DNA of 64,000 nt, taken from Candidatus Microgenomatus sp. (GTDB lineage Bacteria; Patescibacteriota; Microgenomatia; UBA8517). Numbering within the stretch: position 1 is the first letter of the stretch; each line of letters begins with the position of its first letter. Below the pieces are notes generated by a model. The model did not search any database. It had not been told where the DNA came from and saw only the letters and a list, made by a program, of their open reading frames with translations. The stretch spans positions 1,649 through 65,648 of the forward strand of contig DYGT01000006.1 of NCBI GenBank assembly GCA_020724555.1. The letters run 5' to 3'. The position numbers were made by a program, and so were the translations under genes. This document shows positions 1 through 9,306 of the stretch, piece by piece.

Positions 1-1157
1 ACTAACGCATCCAAAACCCTTGCATTTACCCCTCCAATGTGGCAACGGCGTTGCTCTTTTGGAAAATGATGTAATCTCTCCTCGCAGCGATAGTAGTAAT
101 GTCCGTGCCTGTTACAGCCGTCTCCAGCCCTACGGTTGCCACATCCGCACCACAACACCTCTGAGAGTAGATAATCAAACTTTCTATTCTTCCTGGCGTA
201 TCTTCTGTTGTATTCCATTATCACTTGTGCTTTCTCGTATAAAGCTCTATCTTCCATAATTATCGGCACTTTGAAGGGATACCACTCGTCTTTGGTTCGT
301 AACTTGCGGCTGTTTTTCTTAACCTTACGATATTTGTCGTTCTTAATTCTGGTTTTAGACTCTACTGCTTCGTGCTTGTTGTAATAAGCAATGCCTGTCC
401 AATAGGTTTCGCAGCGAAGCATTCTGGTTACCGAACCCTTTGTCCAAAAGTCACTTCTTCTCTTTTTAGGCTTGATGCCAAGGTCATATAAACGCCTAAT
501 GATACCGTTTATTGATATTCTTTCGATAACAAACCACTCAAAAACCAGTTTTATTGTCCGTATTTCTTCTTCGTTTCTTTCCCAGTGCGTAGGCGTGGTA
601 TCGGTTCTCTTGACATAGTTATAGCCATACAAGGCACTCCCGCTTATCACTATGCCATTTTTGGCTTTGTAGAGTTTGCCTCTCCTGAACCGTTCGGCAA
701 TCTTCACTCTTTCGTAGTCATGAAAGCATGCCAATACATTTCTCATAAAACTCTGCTCACCATTTATTGGGTTGATATCGTGAAGTGAGATGAGCTTTAT
801 GCCAGCTTCTTCGAATTCTTTAACAAGGACGAGTTGATAAGTAACATCTCTCGATAAACGACCGAGATCATAAACATATAAAACTTGAATTTCCTGCCTC
901 TTTGTTGCGTCACGCAGAGTATCTAAGCCTGGTCGAGCCAGTATTGTGCCTGTCCAACCATCATCCAAAAAGATGTGTTTATCCGAAAGAATGTTGCCGT
1001 CAGCCTCAATTCGACTTTTAATCTCATCGGTTTGTGACTCTATCGTTTGCTCGTTCTCTTGTCTCCCTGTTGAAACCCTGGCATACAAGCCCGCAATCAA
1101 CGATTGCCTGGCTTGACCGTTCCCTGTATCATTTGTGTTAGGCAGTAAATCTTCCAT
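1..1157 (-). CDS. Large serine recombinase (resolvase + recombinase + Zn ribbon), 3' end beyond window
   Basis: Not in the ORF track because no stop lies in the window. Manual translation from ATG 1157 gives MEDLLPN...GLYARVSTGRQENEQTIESQ...DDGWTG..ARPGL...YDLGRLSRD, and near the left edge LLSEVLWCGCG...YYYRC in the same frame. Confidence 0.92.
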   Translation of the reverse strand, partial: MEDLLPNTNDTGNGQARQSLIAGLYARVSTGRQENEQTIESQTDEIKSRIEADGNILSDKHIFLDDGWTGTILARPGLDTLRDATKRQEIQVLYVYDLGRLSRDVTYQLVLVKEFEEAGIKLISLHDINPINGEQSFMRNVLACFHDYERVKIAERFRRGKLYKAKNGIVISGSALYGYNYVKRTDTTPTHWERNEEEIRTIKLVFEWFVIERISINGIIRRLYDLGIKPKKRRSDFWTKGSVTRMLRCETYWTGIAYYNKHEAVESKTRIKNDKYRKVKKNSRKLRTKDEWYPFKVPIIMEDRALYEKAQVIMEYNRRYARKNRKFDYLLSEVLWCGCGNRRAGDGCNRHGHYYYRCEERLHHFPKEQRRCHIGGVNARVLDAL

Positions 1158-1171
1158 TGGTTTATTTGCTT

Positions 1172-1215
1172 ATCAGGGGTCTTGGCTTCGCTAGCGAAAG
1201 ACCTCTGATTTTTTT
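1172..1215 (+). terminator. Hairpin plus T-run between xis and recombinase (antisense to both genes)
   Basis: ATCAGGGGTCT pairs with AGACCTCTGAT (one G-U on the + strand), followed by a T run. Confidence 0.5.
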
Positions 1216-1217
1216 AA

Positions 1218-1397
1218 TCAAGTTTTCGTCATAGTTTTTTCAAATAACGCTGCCAGTTTTGTATTGCTTATTCGCCAGGCTTTGCCCAACTTCACTGCTG
1301 GCAATTGCCCTCGTCTTGCCATACGATAAATGGTTATTTTGGCAAGTTTCAACTTCTCAGCTGCCTCATTTATGGTTAAGTATTCTTGGTTCTCCAT
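1218..1397 (-). CDS. Excisionase-family (MerR-like HTH) DNA-binding protein
   Basis: YLTINEAAEKLKL..ITIYRMARRGQLPAVKLGKAWRI; adjacent to the recombinase; start moved to MENQEY. Confidence 0.88.
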   Translation of the reverse strand: MENQEYLTINEAAEKLKLAKITIYRMARRGQLPAVKLGKAWRISNTKLAALFEKTMTKT

Positions 1398-1431
1398 ATG
1401 GCTAATTGATGCTGTTTGATACACTCACACA

Positions 1432-1614
1432 CTACCCAGAGGGTCTGTGTAAGTCAAGTGTGATCGCTAATGATCTTTTATCTACCTTTTGTCTGTCTAT
1501 AATGTTTTGCCTCGCCATCGTAAAAATACGGTCATAAACCAGCTTTAAACGCCCAGTGCTTTCTGGTTTGTCTGTATAAATAAAGCTGATGTTAGGCGGC
1601 ACTATTCTTCTCAT
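1432..1614 (-). CDS. Small hypothetical protein of element backbone
   Basis: ORF overlaps the upstream gene within a co-oriented operon. Confidence 0.5.
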   Translation of the reverse strand: MRRIVPPNISFIYTDKPESTGRLKLVYDRIFTMARQNIIDRQKVDKRSLAITLDLHRPSG

Positions 1615-2197
1615 TTTGTTTATCGTTAAATTCGATCTCCAACTCGGTGATCTTTTTACTCAACTCGATTTCTTCTGGAGTTAATGGTCTTTGTTGGCTT
1701 TCATCAATGTAGTTCTTTGAAACTTCGTATTTACCAACTGGTTCACCCCATTCAATTCTTGTCATCTCCCAAAGAATTCTGACCTCCTGAACCGAAGTTG
1801 GTTCACCCGCCTGCATTTGCTTTCTAAGCATTTGCAGTTTGCTCCAGAAAGCCTCTGTAATGAGGTAAGCCCTCTTTTGTCGTATCTGCGTGGTCTTCTT
1901 TTTCAGTCCCTCCAAATCTTCTGCTAATTTCTTGTCTGCCCGCTCCACCCACTGGTATTTAACCGACCAGCGCTCAATTGTCCTTTCCGAGGGTAAATCG
2001 CCGAGTTTAGAGCCAAAAATCACCGACAACTCTCCTGCTGAACTCCGACTTATTTGCTCCCATGCTTGAATTAGTTTGGAAACACTCCCAACTTCGCAAT
2101 ACAGCAAGAAAGCTGTATATTGCTTTTCGGTCTCCCCAGGCATTTTTGATGTTGTTGGTTTTTCAGGTTTTGTTGTTTGCATATAATTCTTCTCCAT
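1592..2197 (-). CDS. Terminase-small-subunit-like HTH protein
   Basis: GETEKQYTAFLLY...TIERWSVKYQWVERA resembles the N-terminus of phage TerS-like proteins. Confidence 0.5.
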   Translation of the reverse strand: MEKNYMQTTKPEKPTTSKMPGETEKQYTAFLLYCEVGSVSKLIQAWEQISRSSAGELSVIFGSKLGDLPSERTIERWSVKYQWVERADKKLAEDLEGLKKKTTQIRQKRAYLITEAFWSKLQMLRKQMQAGEPTSVQEVRILWEMTRIEWGEPVGKYEVSKNYIDESQQRPLTPEEIELSKKITELEIEFNDKQNEKNSAA

Positions 2198-2849
2198 GCG
2201 GGCAAACGCCAGTTGATTCCCAAAGCGACTCGTCTATTTCCTGCATCGTTTTTATGTCTAAGTTATTTGCGTCTTTCTCTAACATCTCCCGATACTCTTC
2301 ATTACTCCTATGACCATTGCGAAGATTACATCCACACTTAAAGGAACTTAAAGGTTTATAATCGGCTCTTTGCATCTTTGCAACGGATTGAGGAGAATTG
2401 TCGTCATTCTCTTTAGAGACTTTCTGTTGCAAATCTGAATGAGGTTGTTGTGCTTCTGCAACGACGCCTTGCAAATCTGCAATATGTTCTTGCAGGTCAA
2501 CGATCTTTTTCTCTTTAACAATTTCAGTTAGCTTCTCCCGAATATCAAAATCAACCACATACACCCTCTTGCCTTGTTTTCTCCAAAAACCAAGCGAGTA
2601 GAGCTTGCCTGCGTTTCTGCTCACCTTAGAAGGACTCCAACCTATCAACCAACCGATTTCCCAAAGCGCATACTCAAAGCTTCCATATACTTCTCCATGA
2701 CTTTTATCCCAATCAGCAAGGCACGAGTAGCTCAAATCCCACAAGATATACTCCTGATCAGACAACAACTTCCTATGAAGAAGTAAAAACCTCCCTCTAA
2801 AATGACGGTCAAACCCACTTAATCTGTTCATAATCTTTGTTTGTTGCAT
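2163..2849 (-). CDS. Putative replication-initiator-like HTH protein
   Basis: N-terminal HTH-like segment (EIGWLIGWSPSKVSR...L...GF), low-complexity linker, position in the element backbone. Confidence 0.4.
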   Translation of the reverse strand: MQQTKIMNRLSGFDRHFRGRFLLLHRKLLSDQEYILWDLSYSCLADWDKSHGEVYGSFEYALWEIGWLIGWSPSKVSRNAGKLYSLGFWRKQGKRVYVVDFDIREKLTEIVKEKKIVDLQEHIADLQGVVAEAQQPHSDLQQKVSKENDDNSPQSVAKMQRADYKPLSSFKCGCNLRNGHRSNEEYREMLEKDANNLDIKTMQEIDESLWESTGVCPHGEELYANNKT

Positions 2850-2860
2850 ACTGATTCTTA

Positions 2861-3136
2861 TTAGACTTTTTCTGAATATAACCTCTCTTTCAGGCTTTTA
2901 ATGACTGTTACTGCCTTACGAAAGTCCACTAAAACCTCTGGAGAGTTTTCCTCCGCAAAATTGAAAGCCCTAAGAATTTCTTGTCGACTTGGGGAATCTT
3001 TCAGAACAAAAACTGATCTATTAGGATTTGAAGAAGGCTGGATTGATATAAGCTCCAAGCCTCGGAGCATCAAAAAAACTGCCGAGTAGAAGCTACTTGT
3101 GTAATACTGATTATCTTTTGATTTTTGACCAGACAT
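2861..3136 (-). CDS. DUF5659-like small protein
   Basis: YYTSSFYSAVFLMLRGLEL...RSVFVLKDS pattern typical of small CPR element proteins; start moved to MSGQK. Confidence 0.5.
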   Translation of the reverse strand: MSGQKSKDNQYYTSSFYSAVFLMLRGLELISIQPSSNPNRSVFVLKDSPSRQEILRAFNFAEENSPEVLVDFRKAVTVIKSLKERLYSEKV

Positions 3137-3158
3137 AAATACGCCTTTCTCCAGCCAC

Positions 3159-3426
3159 AAAAAAAGGACTGCATTACTACAGCTACACTGCCATTTCTTG
3201 CGTGTTGCTATCGTGCAGTCCGTCTATTGCGTTCGATTATGTCTGAAAACCTCTTGCAGGAAAAAAGAGGATTTGCCCTTGGCATTCCGAAGATCCTGCT
3301 GCATGCCCTTATTGCGAGTTGCTTTCGTGCGTTCTTGCTTTCCGAGTCCTATCGTTTGCGAATTTCAACTTAAGGCAGTTGTGCCTTAGTAGCTATATTT
3401 TTACAAAATTCCTATCTTCTTGTCAA
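3159..3426 (-). promoter_or_regulatory. Promoter and long leader with internal terminator for the element operon
   Basis: TTGACA-17-TAAAAA (3426-3398); GGACUGCA/UGCAGUCC stem plus U7 (3221-3159); 19-nt direct repeat at 3198-3216 and 3312-3330. Confidence 0.55.
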
Positions 3427-3485
3427 GAGTTTCTTGATTAAAAATGTAGTAAGAAAGTCTCCAAATTGATACAATATAAGTATAA

Positions 3486-3624
3486 AGCCTAAACCCCTTC
3501 TGGGGCATGGCTAAGAAAACCCATCACAGGCGGTAAGCTCCTCGTCAGAGCACCTGTAATGGGTCATATCCCGAAAGGGGTATGGGTAGTCGAAAGGCTA
3601 TCGCTGGTGGGGAGCTTTTTGTTT
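3486..3624 (+). ncRNA. Candidate structured RNA of unknown family
   Basis: Helices 3519-3530/3553-3564 and 3535-3548/3604-3617 (14 bp with G-U pairs), two GAAA-tetraloop hairpins (3565-3584, 3585-3602), U-rich tail. Confidence 0.6.
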
Positions 3625-3676
3625 GGATTTGACAATCTCTCCCAAGCGAAGTTAACATAGCGAACCATATCAAAAT

Positions 3677-4345
3677 ATGACAATAAAGATGAAAAATAAG
3701 GTTAAAACTATCGTTCCTCTCCTGCTTGTTGTCCTATTGCTTTCACTTGGCGGTTTTTATTTGTTCAAATCATCCCATGATAAGTTTGCGCCTCCCCGCA
3801 AAGACGCTCCAATGGTGCAGTTTCGAGTAGACAAAAAAAATACCCTGATGGCAGTCACTGGTAATCTTCACTACTATGGCTTTGTTAAAGATGAAGAAGC
3901 CCTTGAATATGCCCTGGAACATACCAAAGACAATACTCCTGGTAAGCCTGGGGCAATTAAGATTGGCAATAACAGTATCGATACAGAGACTGCCTACGAT
4001 ATTTCTCAATCAATGACCGCCTGGGAAATAGCCAGAATTCTTCTTAATGAAGGCACACCCAGTATCAGAGACTGTGACCACGGTTGCGAGGAATATAACC
4101 CCTTTACTCCAGCGCTTCTGCCTGGAGGAGATATTGCTCCTACTTGGCAAGAGCGTATGCGGGCTAAATATAGCTGGGTAAAAAACTATGATGACTGTCT
4201 TAAAGCTATTGGTCATGATGGGGGTCAAGTAACTTCTGAGGAGGCTTCCAAGCGCACTGGTCACCCAAGAGTGTGTAATACAGCAGACGGTCGTTATTTT
4301 ATTCAAGGAAAAGAAGGCTGGAGTGATTATCCGCCTTACCCGTAA
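3677..4345 (+). CDS. Membrane-anchored/secreted hypothetical protein
   Basis: N-terminal hydrophobic helix; YDISQSMTAWEIARIL weakly recalls the MltG N-terminal region; Cys pairs in the C-terminal half. Confidence 0.75.
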   Translation: MTIKMKNKVKTIVPLLLVVLLLSLGGFYLFKSSHDKFAPPRKDAPMVQFRVDKKNTLMAVTGNLHYYGFVKDEEALEYALEHTKDNTPGKPGAIKIGNNSIDTETAYDISQSMTAWEIARILLNEGTPSIRDCDHGCEEYNPFTPALLPGGDIAPTWQERMRAKYSWVKNYDDCLKAIGHDGGQVTSEEASKRTGHPRVCNTADGRYFIQGKEGWSDYPPYP

Positions 4346-4358
4346 AGGAGGTGAGAAT

Positions 4359-5069
4359 ATGAAGATAAAAATTGTCATTGCACTACTGGTTATCGCCGCT
4401 CTGGGAAGTGTTTTTGTTTGGTCAAGGCAAAGTAGCAAAACTGCTTTGTTGCCATCAAAACAAACAACTAATGTAACAACCCAGGAAGAGACGATTATCC
4501 ATAATTTCATGGCAGAACCTAACCTCAAGCTGTCTTTTATTAAGACTGATTTACCGTTTCCAAGTTACTTCAGTGTCGGTAAAGTAACTCAGGTAAATGG
4601 TGGTGAGAATATGGAGGCGGTAGAGGAGTGGACACGCCAGGTTAATGTTTATCGCCAAAAGGAATTACTTAATGGACAATGCTCGGTTTATGAGTATCAC
4701 ATTGATCCCAGAAGTCATTCCTTGGTAGCAGTTGTCGTTGCGGGGTTAAAGCCTAATGAAATTGAGGCATACAAGGTAAAGGGTATTGAGTGTAAGACCG
4801 AGGTTCACAACTTGCCAGAAATATCTAAGGCAGAGGCTGAAAGTGTTGCCATGGAATATCTAAAACGAGTCTTACCCAACTTTGACCAAATTAAAGACAG
4901 GCTTGTTTATTCTCACGGTAAAACGCACAGTTGGCTATGGGAAAACAAAGACTACCGCTTACCAGATGGTTTAGAAGGTCGACCATACTCATATCCCACT
5001 ATCCGCATATCAGTAGACAACAACAAAAACATTCAGTATTGGAATACTGTGTCGTTGTTTGAGAAGTAA
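4359..5069 (+). CDS. Secreted hypothetical protein
   Basis: AAGGAGGTG Shine-Dalgarno before ATG 4359; signal/anchor helix. Confidence 0.75.
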   Translation: MKIKIVIALLVIAALGSVFVWSRQSSKTALLPSKQTTNVTTQEETIIHNFMAEPNLKLSFIKTDLPFPSYFSVGKVTQVNGGENMEAVEEWTRQVNVYRQKELLNGQCSVYEYHIDPRSHSLVAVVVAGLKPNEIEAYKVKGIECKTEVHNLPEISKAEAESVAMEYLKRVLPNFDQIKDRLVYSHGKTHSWLWENKDYRLPDGLEGRPYSYPTIRISVDNNKNIQYWNTVSLFEK

Positions 5070-5169
5070 GGTCTGTTAGAAGTTCCTCTCGGTCTTTTTA
5101 GAAACTAAACAGAGGTGAAACTTTTATCCACCCCAAGCACGAAAGCCCCATACAAGTCAACACACGGCG

Positions 5170-6177
5170 TCACCTTGAGTAAAATTCCCTAACTGAAGCA
5201 GCTAAAACTCTTACATCTTGGTTGTCTAATCTGAAAAACGGTTTACCCAGTACACTTTCTGGAATACCCATTTTTCTAATAACATCCAGCGCCTGCGCTT
5301 GTGAGACTATCGTTCCACCCCTACTCCTGTCATGTTTGCTAAGAGTCGAAACATCTCTTGAGCCATTGTATTCGCCAAGCATTTGTCTAAGTTCTCTTTT
5401 GACATTTGACCTATCTCGTCTATGTGATTCTCGTTTAGATAAATCACCGCCTCCACCTCTCTGGCTGGCATCAACAAGTGCCTGTTTCATCTCATTCACA
5501 ACCAAACCAAATCTGCCTGTTCTTCTAAACAAATATGCAAATATATAGTCAGCGGGGTTGGCTTCGATTTCCCTCCTGTCCTTAGGGTCAAACTCCATCA
5601 CAATAGCATCTGTTCTCGGCTGCGGGTAAAAAGCTTCTCTGGACACTTGTGCTAAAACTCTTGAGTCAAAAAAAGTCTGACCCAGCAACGACAACTTCCC
5701 AAAGCCCATACTAGCCTCCGATTCCTGAAACTCTCTGGCGACATTATCTCCCAACATCAAGACAGCGCTGCTTATAGGTAAATCTATCAGCTTATACATA
5801 AAAGGTTCAGTAATATGGAAAGGTAAGTTTGCGACAATTTGAGCCTCCTCATCTCTACCAATCAAAGAACCAAACTGCACCCTCAAGGCGTCGCCAAATA
5901 TAAATCTGATTCTTGGGTTTTTTTCTTGAATACCCTCTAAAATAGGTTGAAATCTCTTGTCAATTTCTATCCCAATGACCGAACCAGCTCGTTGAGCAAG
6001 GGCTTCAGTTACATGTCCTATTCCAGAACCAACCTCAATGACTTTTGACCCTTCTATCACTGTAGCAACAAGCCTACCGATCACCCTTTCGTCAATCAAA
6101 AAATGCTGACCCAACCGTTCGCTAAGATCGATTCCTTCTGCCTCTAGTTGCGATGTAATAATTCTCTCTCTATTCAT
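5170..6177 (-). CDS. KsgA/Erm-family rRNA adenine methyltransferase paralog 1
   Basis: LGQHFL, EVGSGIG (SAM binding), IEID, ANLPFHI, FYPQP motifs; extended C-terminus. Confidence 0.85.
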   Translation of the reverse strand: MNRERIITSQLEAEGIDLSERLGQHFLIDERVIGRLVATVIEGSKVIEVGSGIGHVTEALAQRAGSVIGIEIDKRFQPILEGIQEKNPRIRFIFGDALRVQFGSLIGRDEEAQIVANLPFHITEPFMYKLIDLPISSAVLMLGDNVAREFQESEASMGFGKLSLLGQTFFDSRVLAQVSREAFYPQPRTDAIVMEFDPKDRREIEANPADYIFAYLFRRTGRFGLVVNEMKQALVDASQRGGGGDLSKRESHRRDRSNVKRELRQMLGEYNGSRDVSTLSKHDRSRGGTIVSQAQALDVIRKMGIPESVLGKPFFRLDNQDVRVLAASVREFYSR

Positions 6178-6198
6178 AAGTTGCGTATTTTAACATTC

Positions 6199-6897
6199 CT
6201 AAGAGACGGGTTCAATTGTGCCTGTTTTAAGCATAAATTGTATAACCTGAGTAGTTGTGTTCCTAAAGTCTCCTGTATTGTCAACACAAAATAGCCTGTT
6301 TTTAGAAACTTGTCTACTTTGTCGAATAATTTCATCTTGCAAAAGAAGTAGTTTGTCAGTTGAGTATCTTTCATTCAACTCTACATTATCCCCCCCAAAC
6401 ATTTTTCTTCTGTTACTTTCTAGCTGTTGCGCATTAGAAGTTACAATTATTAACCTATTATTACCACTTAGATATGGTGCTACTATTGATGGTATTAATT
6501 GGACTCCTTCAAACAATACATTTTGTGCTCCTTGAACTTCTAATTTAGGAATAATGTTGCGCAAAGGTGAACAAACTATTTTAGAATAACCATTGAATCC
6601 TGCAATTAGGCTTTGTGGAGAATAGGAACCATCTCCAATGGCAATATAGCTGTCACAAGAGCCATAGTTAACAAACGGGCTTCGCTCGGCTTCTGGTTTA
6701 TGGCTTTCTATTTCCTGGACTACAAGTCTAATAATGTCCATCGATTGTAAAGTGCAATTTTCAATTAATGAGGTAATAAGCGGAGCAATAGTAGACTTTC
6801 CCGATAGCGGGACTCCAGTAATAAAAACTAGAGTTCCCTGTCTGGTAAATCTGTATTCTGGACTTCGAGCTAATTCTGGATGGTTTAATTTTTCCAT
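6199..6897 (-). CDS. P-loop kinase (2-phosphoglycerate-kinase/AAA_33-like)
   Basis: ITGVPLSGKST Walker A; D-IIR; LFEGVQLIP. Confidence 0.75.
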   Translation of the reverse strand: MEKLNHPELARSPEYRFTRQGTLVFITGVPLSGKSTIAPLITSLIENCTLQSMDIIRLVVQEIESHKPEAERSPFVNYGSCDSYIAIGDGSYSPQSLIAGFNGYSKIVCSPLRNIIPKLEVQGAQNVLFEGVQLIPSIVAPYLSGNNRLIIVTSNAQQLESNRRKMFGGDNVELNERYSTDKLLLLQDEIIRQSRQVSKNRLFCVDNTGDFRNTTTQVIQFMLKTGTIEPVS

Positions 6898-8154
6898 TTA
6901 TTCATACCAAACATCATTCTTTCTTTTAATTTTTAGTAGTTTTTTCAAATTATTTTTCGATTCTGTCTGGAGAGAGGTATCGGTCGGATCTGCTAGGTTT
7001 TGCAGAATTATGTCAGCAATAATCCCCACATCTTCTTCAGAATAACCTCTAGCAGTAATCCAAGAAGTTCCCAATCTGATTCCACTGGCTACATACGGCT
7101 TTAATGTCTCCCCAGGAACAACTTGTCTATTTGTAAGAATTCCAAGACTTTCTAATAGCTCCTCAGCTTCCTTACCCGTTAAGCCGAATACTCGGTAAGT
7201 GTTTAAAACCATTAAGTGTGTATCGCTTCCTCCAGTAACAACCAAATCAGGATATTGATTAAACTTTTGCTCGAAAATCTTAATATTTCTGATTACTCGG
7301 TCAATATAGTCATTAAACCAAGGCGAGCCGCAATCAATGAGACACTGGGTCATTTGATAAATTCTTCTTAGCGGCACACTCGATTGGACTCCTGGATGGA
7401 TAGCTTTATCTATTTTTTGGCTTAAATCGTTTTTACATAGCAATATCCCGCCATGTGGACCAAGCATAGTTTTATCTAAAGTTAAGGTAACTACATCACA
7501 GTGGGGAAATGGTTGTGGAAACCTTCCTGCTACAATTAAACCTGCTGGATGAGATAAATCTGCCATTAGATATGCCCCAACTTTTTTTGAAATTTCTGCC
7601 AATCTCTTAAACTCAATTATTCGAGGATATGAAGATGCGCCACAAACAATTAGTTTTGGTTTAAATTCCAATGCTTTTCTTTCTACTTCCTCGTAATCAA
7701 GCCAGCCGTTCTCATCAACGCCATAAAAGTCAAAATTATAAAAGATACCCGAGAAGTTCCTGCTCATGCCGTGGGTTAAATGTCCACCAGCGTCAAATCT
7801 CATAGCTAGCGCTCTATCACCATAATTAAGAAGTGCTTGATATACTGCCTGATTAGCTTGACTCACAGAATGTGGTTGGACATTAGCGTGTTCCGCTCCA
7901 AACAATTTACATGCAGCTTCAGCAGCTATCCTTTCAATACGGTTAAACCCCTCTACACCAGCATAAGGTCTATTTTCAAGTAACCCCTCAGCTATTGCAT
8001 TGTGCTTCAGGGGTAGATTATAAAAATACTTCATAGGAGTAGGACTTGCGGGGGCTATTAGGTTGATGGTATTCAAGTCATATTGATCTTGCTGTTTAGC
8101 AGCTTCGACTAACTCCTGTCCCAGCTTTTGAAAATATTCGCTTACTCGCCTCAT
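6898..8154 (-). CDS. Divergent serine hydroxymethyltransferase-like PLP enzyme
   Basis: ANVQPHS, GGHLTHG, GASSYPR, GGSDTHL and SGIRLGT are retained; the PLP-lysine motif is altered to TLDKTMLGPHGG. Confidence 0.85.
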   Translation of the reverse strand: MRRVSEYFQKLGQELVEAAKQQDQYDLNTINLIAPASPTPMKYFYNLPLKHNAIAEGLLENRPYAGVEGFNRIERIAAEAACKLFGAEHANVQPHSVSQANQAVYQALLNYGDRALAMRFDAGGHLTHGMSRNFSGIFYNFDFYGVDENGWLDYEEVERKALEFKPKLIVCGASSYPRIIEFKRLAEISKKVGAYLMADLSHPAGLIVAGRFPQPFPHCDVVTLTLDKTMLGPHGGILLCKNDLSQKIDKAIHPGVQSSVPLRRIYQMTQCLIDCGSPWFNDYIDRVIRNIKIFEQKFNQYPDLVVTGGSDTHLMVLNTYRVFGLTGKEAEELLESLGILTNRQVVPGETLKPYVASGIRLGTSWITARGYSEEDVGIIADIILQNLADPTDTSLQTESKNNLKKLLKIKRKNDVWYE

Positions 8155-8155
8155 A

Positions 8156-9304
8156 TTATTTAAATTTTTGATAAACTTTTAAGATTGACTCGGCGAAATC
8201 GATAATCTCATTTTGACTCAATCCAGGGTGCACATAAAGATTAAAAACTCTTTTTGAAATTTCGACGGCTACGGGGGTTAACGCAACATTACCGATACCA
8301 ATTTTTCGACATATTTGAGTTTCGGGGAGAGTTAATGGGTATTGGCGCTTAATAGGAACTCCTTGTTTCAATACCTCTCTGACAAACTGGTCCCTTTTAT
8401 TAGTAAGCCTTTTTGGTAAAATCCCAGTCAGATAACAATAAACATTGTACGTGTCATCGGCTTCCTTTTGGAAAGTAAGATCTGTATTTGCTAATATCTC
8501 TTTGTAAAGCATGGCATATTTTCTTCTAACCTTGTTTAGGTTATCCAGTCTTTCTAACTGCCTCAGACCTAATGCCGCCTGTATTTCTGTCATCTGATAG
8601 TTAAATCCTATGTGATCAAAATCGTAATCATCCACATTCGGATGTTTAATGCCATTGTTTAATATTGAACGAAGAGTATTAGCGTATGATTGAGAGTTAG
8701 TTGTTATCATTCCACCCTCACCACACACGAGATTTTTTGTTTGATAGAAACTAAAACAGCTAATGTCACCGAAAGAGCCGACAAACCTATCTTTGTATTT
8801 AGCGCCTACAGCTTGTGCGCAATCTTCTATTAGGATTAAATTATTTTCTTTGGCTATCTTGACTAGTTCATCCATTCTTGCAGGTTGACCATAAAGGTGC
8901 ACAACAATCAAGGCTTTTGTTCGTTTGGTGATCTTTTTTAAAACATCCTTGGGATCTAAATTAAAATCATCCTCACAAATGTCTACGAAAACTGGGGTAG
9001 CACCTTCTTGAATTACCACAGAAGCATCCGCCATAAAAGTAAGAGATGGAACCAATATTTCATCTCCTTTTTTCAAATTTAATGCAGCCATGGTCGCATG
9101 CAGAGAGGATGTGCCTGAAGAAGTGGCAAATGAAAATCTCCTTCCGAGCAATCTTGACATTCTGTGTTGAAACAACTTAACATAAGGTCCTCCTTCAGGC
9201 TTAGAAAGGAACCCAGACTTTAAAACTTTCACTACATTGTCTATACCTTTCTTGTCGACATTTTGTTTGTTCATTTTCTTTAATAAAGTCGTTATCTTGT
9301 TCAT
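8156..9304 (-). CDS. DegT/DnrJ/EryC1/StrS sugar aminotransferase
   Basis: SSGTSSL, VHLYGQ, IEDCAQA, FSFYQTKNLVCGEGGM, GFNYQM. Confidence 0.93.
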   Translation of the reverse strand: MNKITTLLKKMNKQNVDKKGIDNVVKVLKSGFLSKPEGGPYVKLFQHRMSRLLGRRFSFATSSGTSSLHATMAALNLKKGDEILVPSLTFMADASVVIQEGATPVFVDICEDDFNLDPKDVLKKITKRTKALIVVHLYGQPARMDELVKIAKENNLILIEDCAQAVGAKYKDRFVGSFGDISCFSFYQTKNLVCGEGGMITTNSQSYANTLRSILNNGIKHPNVDDYDFDHIGFNYQMTEIQAALGLRQLERLDNLNKVRRKYAMLYKEILANTDLTFQKEADDTYNVYCYLTGILPKRLTNKRDQFVREVLKQGVPIKRQYPLTLPETQICRKIGIGNVALTPVAVEISKRVFNLYVHPGLSQNEIIDFAESILKVYQKFK

Positions 9305-9306
9305 GC

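Noticed and set aside
20-788. Plus-strand ORFs 20-259 and 585-788
   Set aside because: Antisense shadows of the serine recombinase, which the ORF track missed.
3519-3617. HDV-like ribozyme (CTCCTCG loop)
   Set aside because: Could not build the P1/P1.1/P2/J4-2 topology convincingly.
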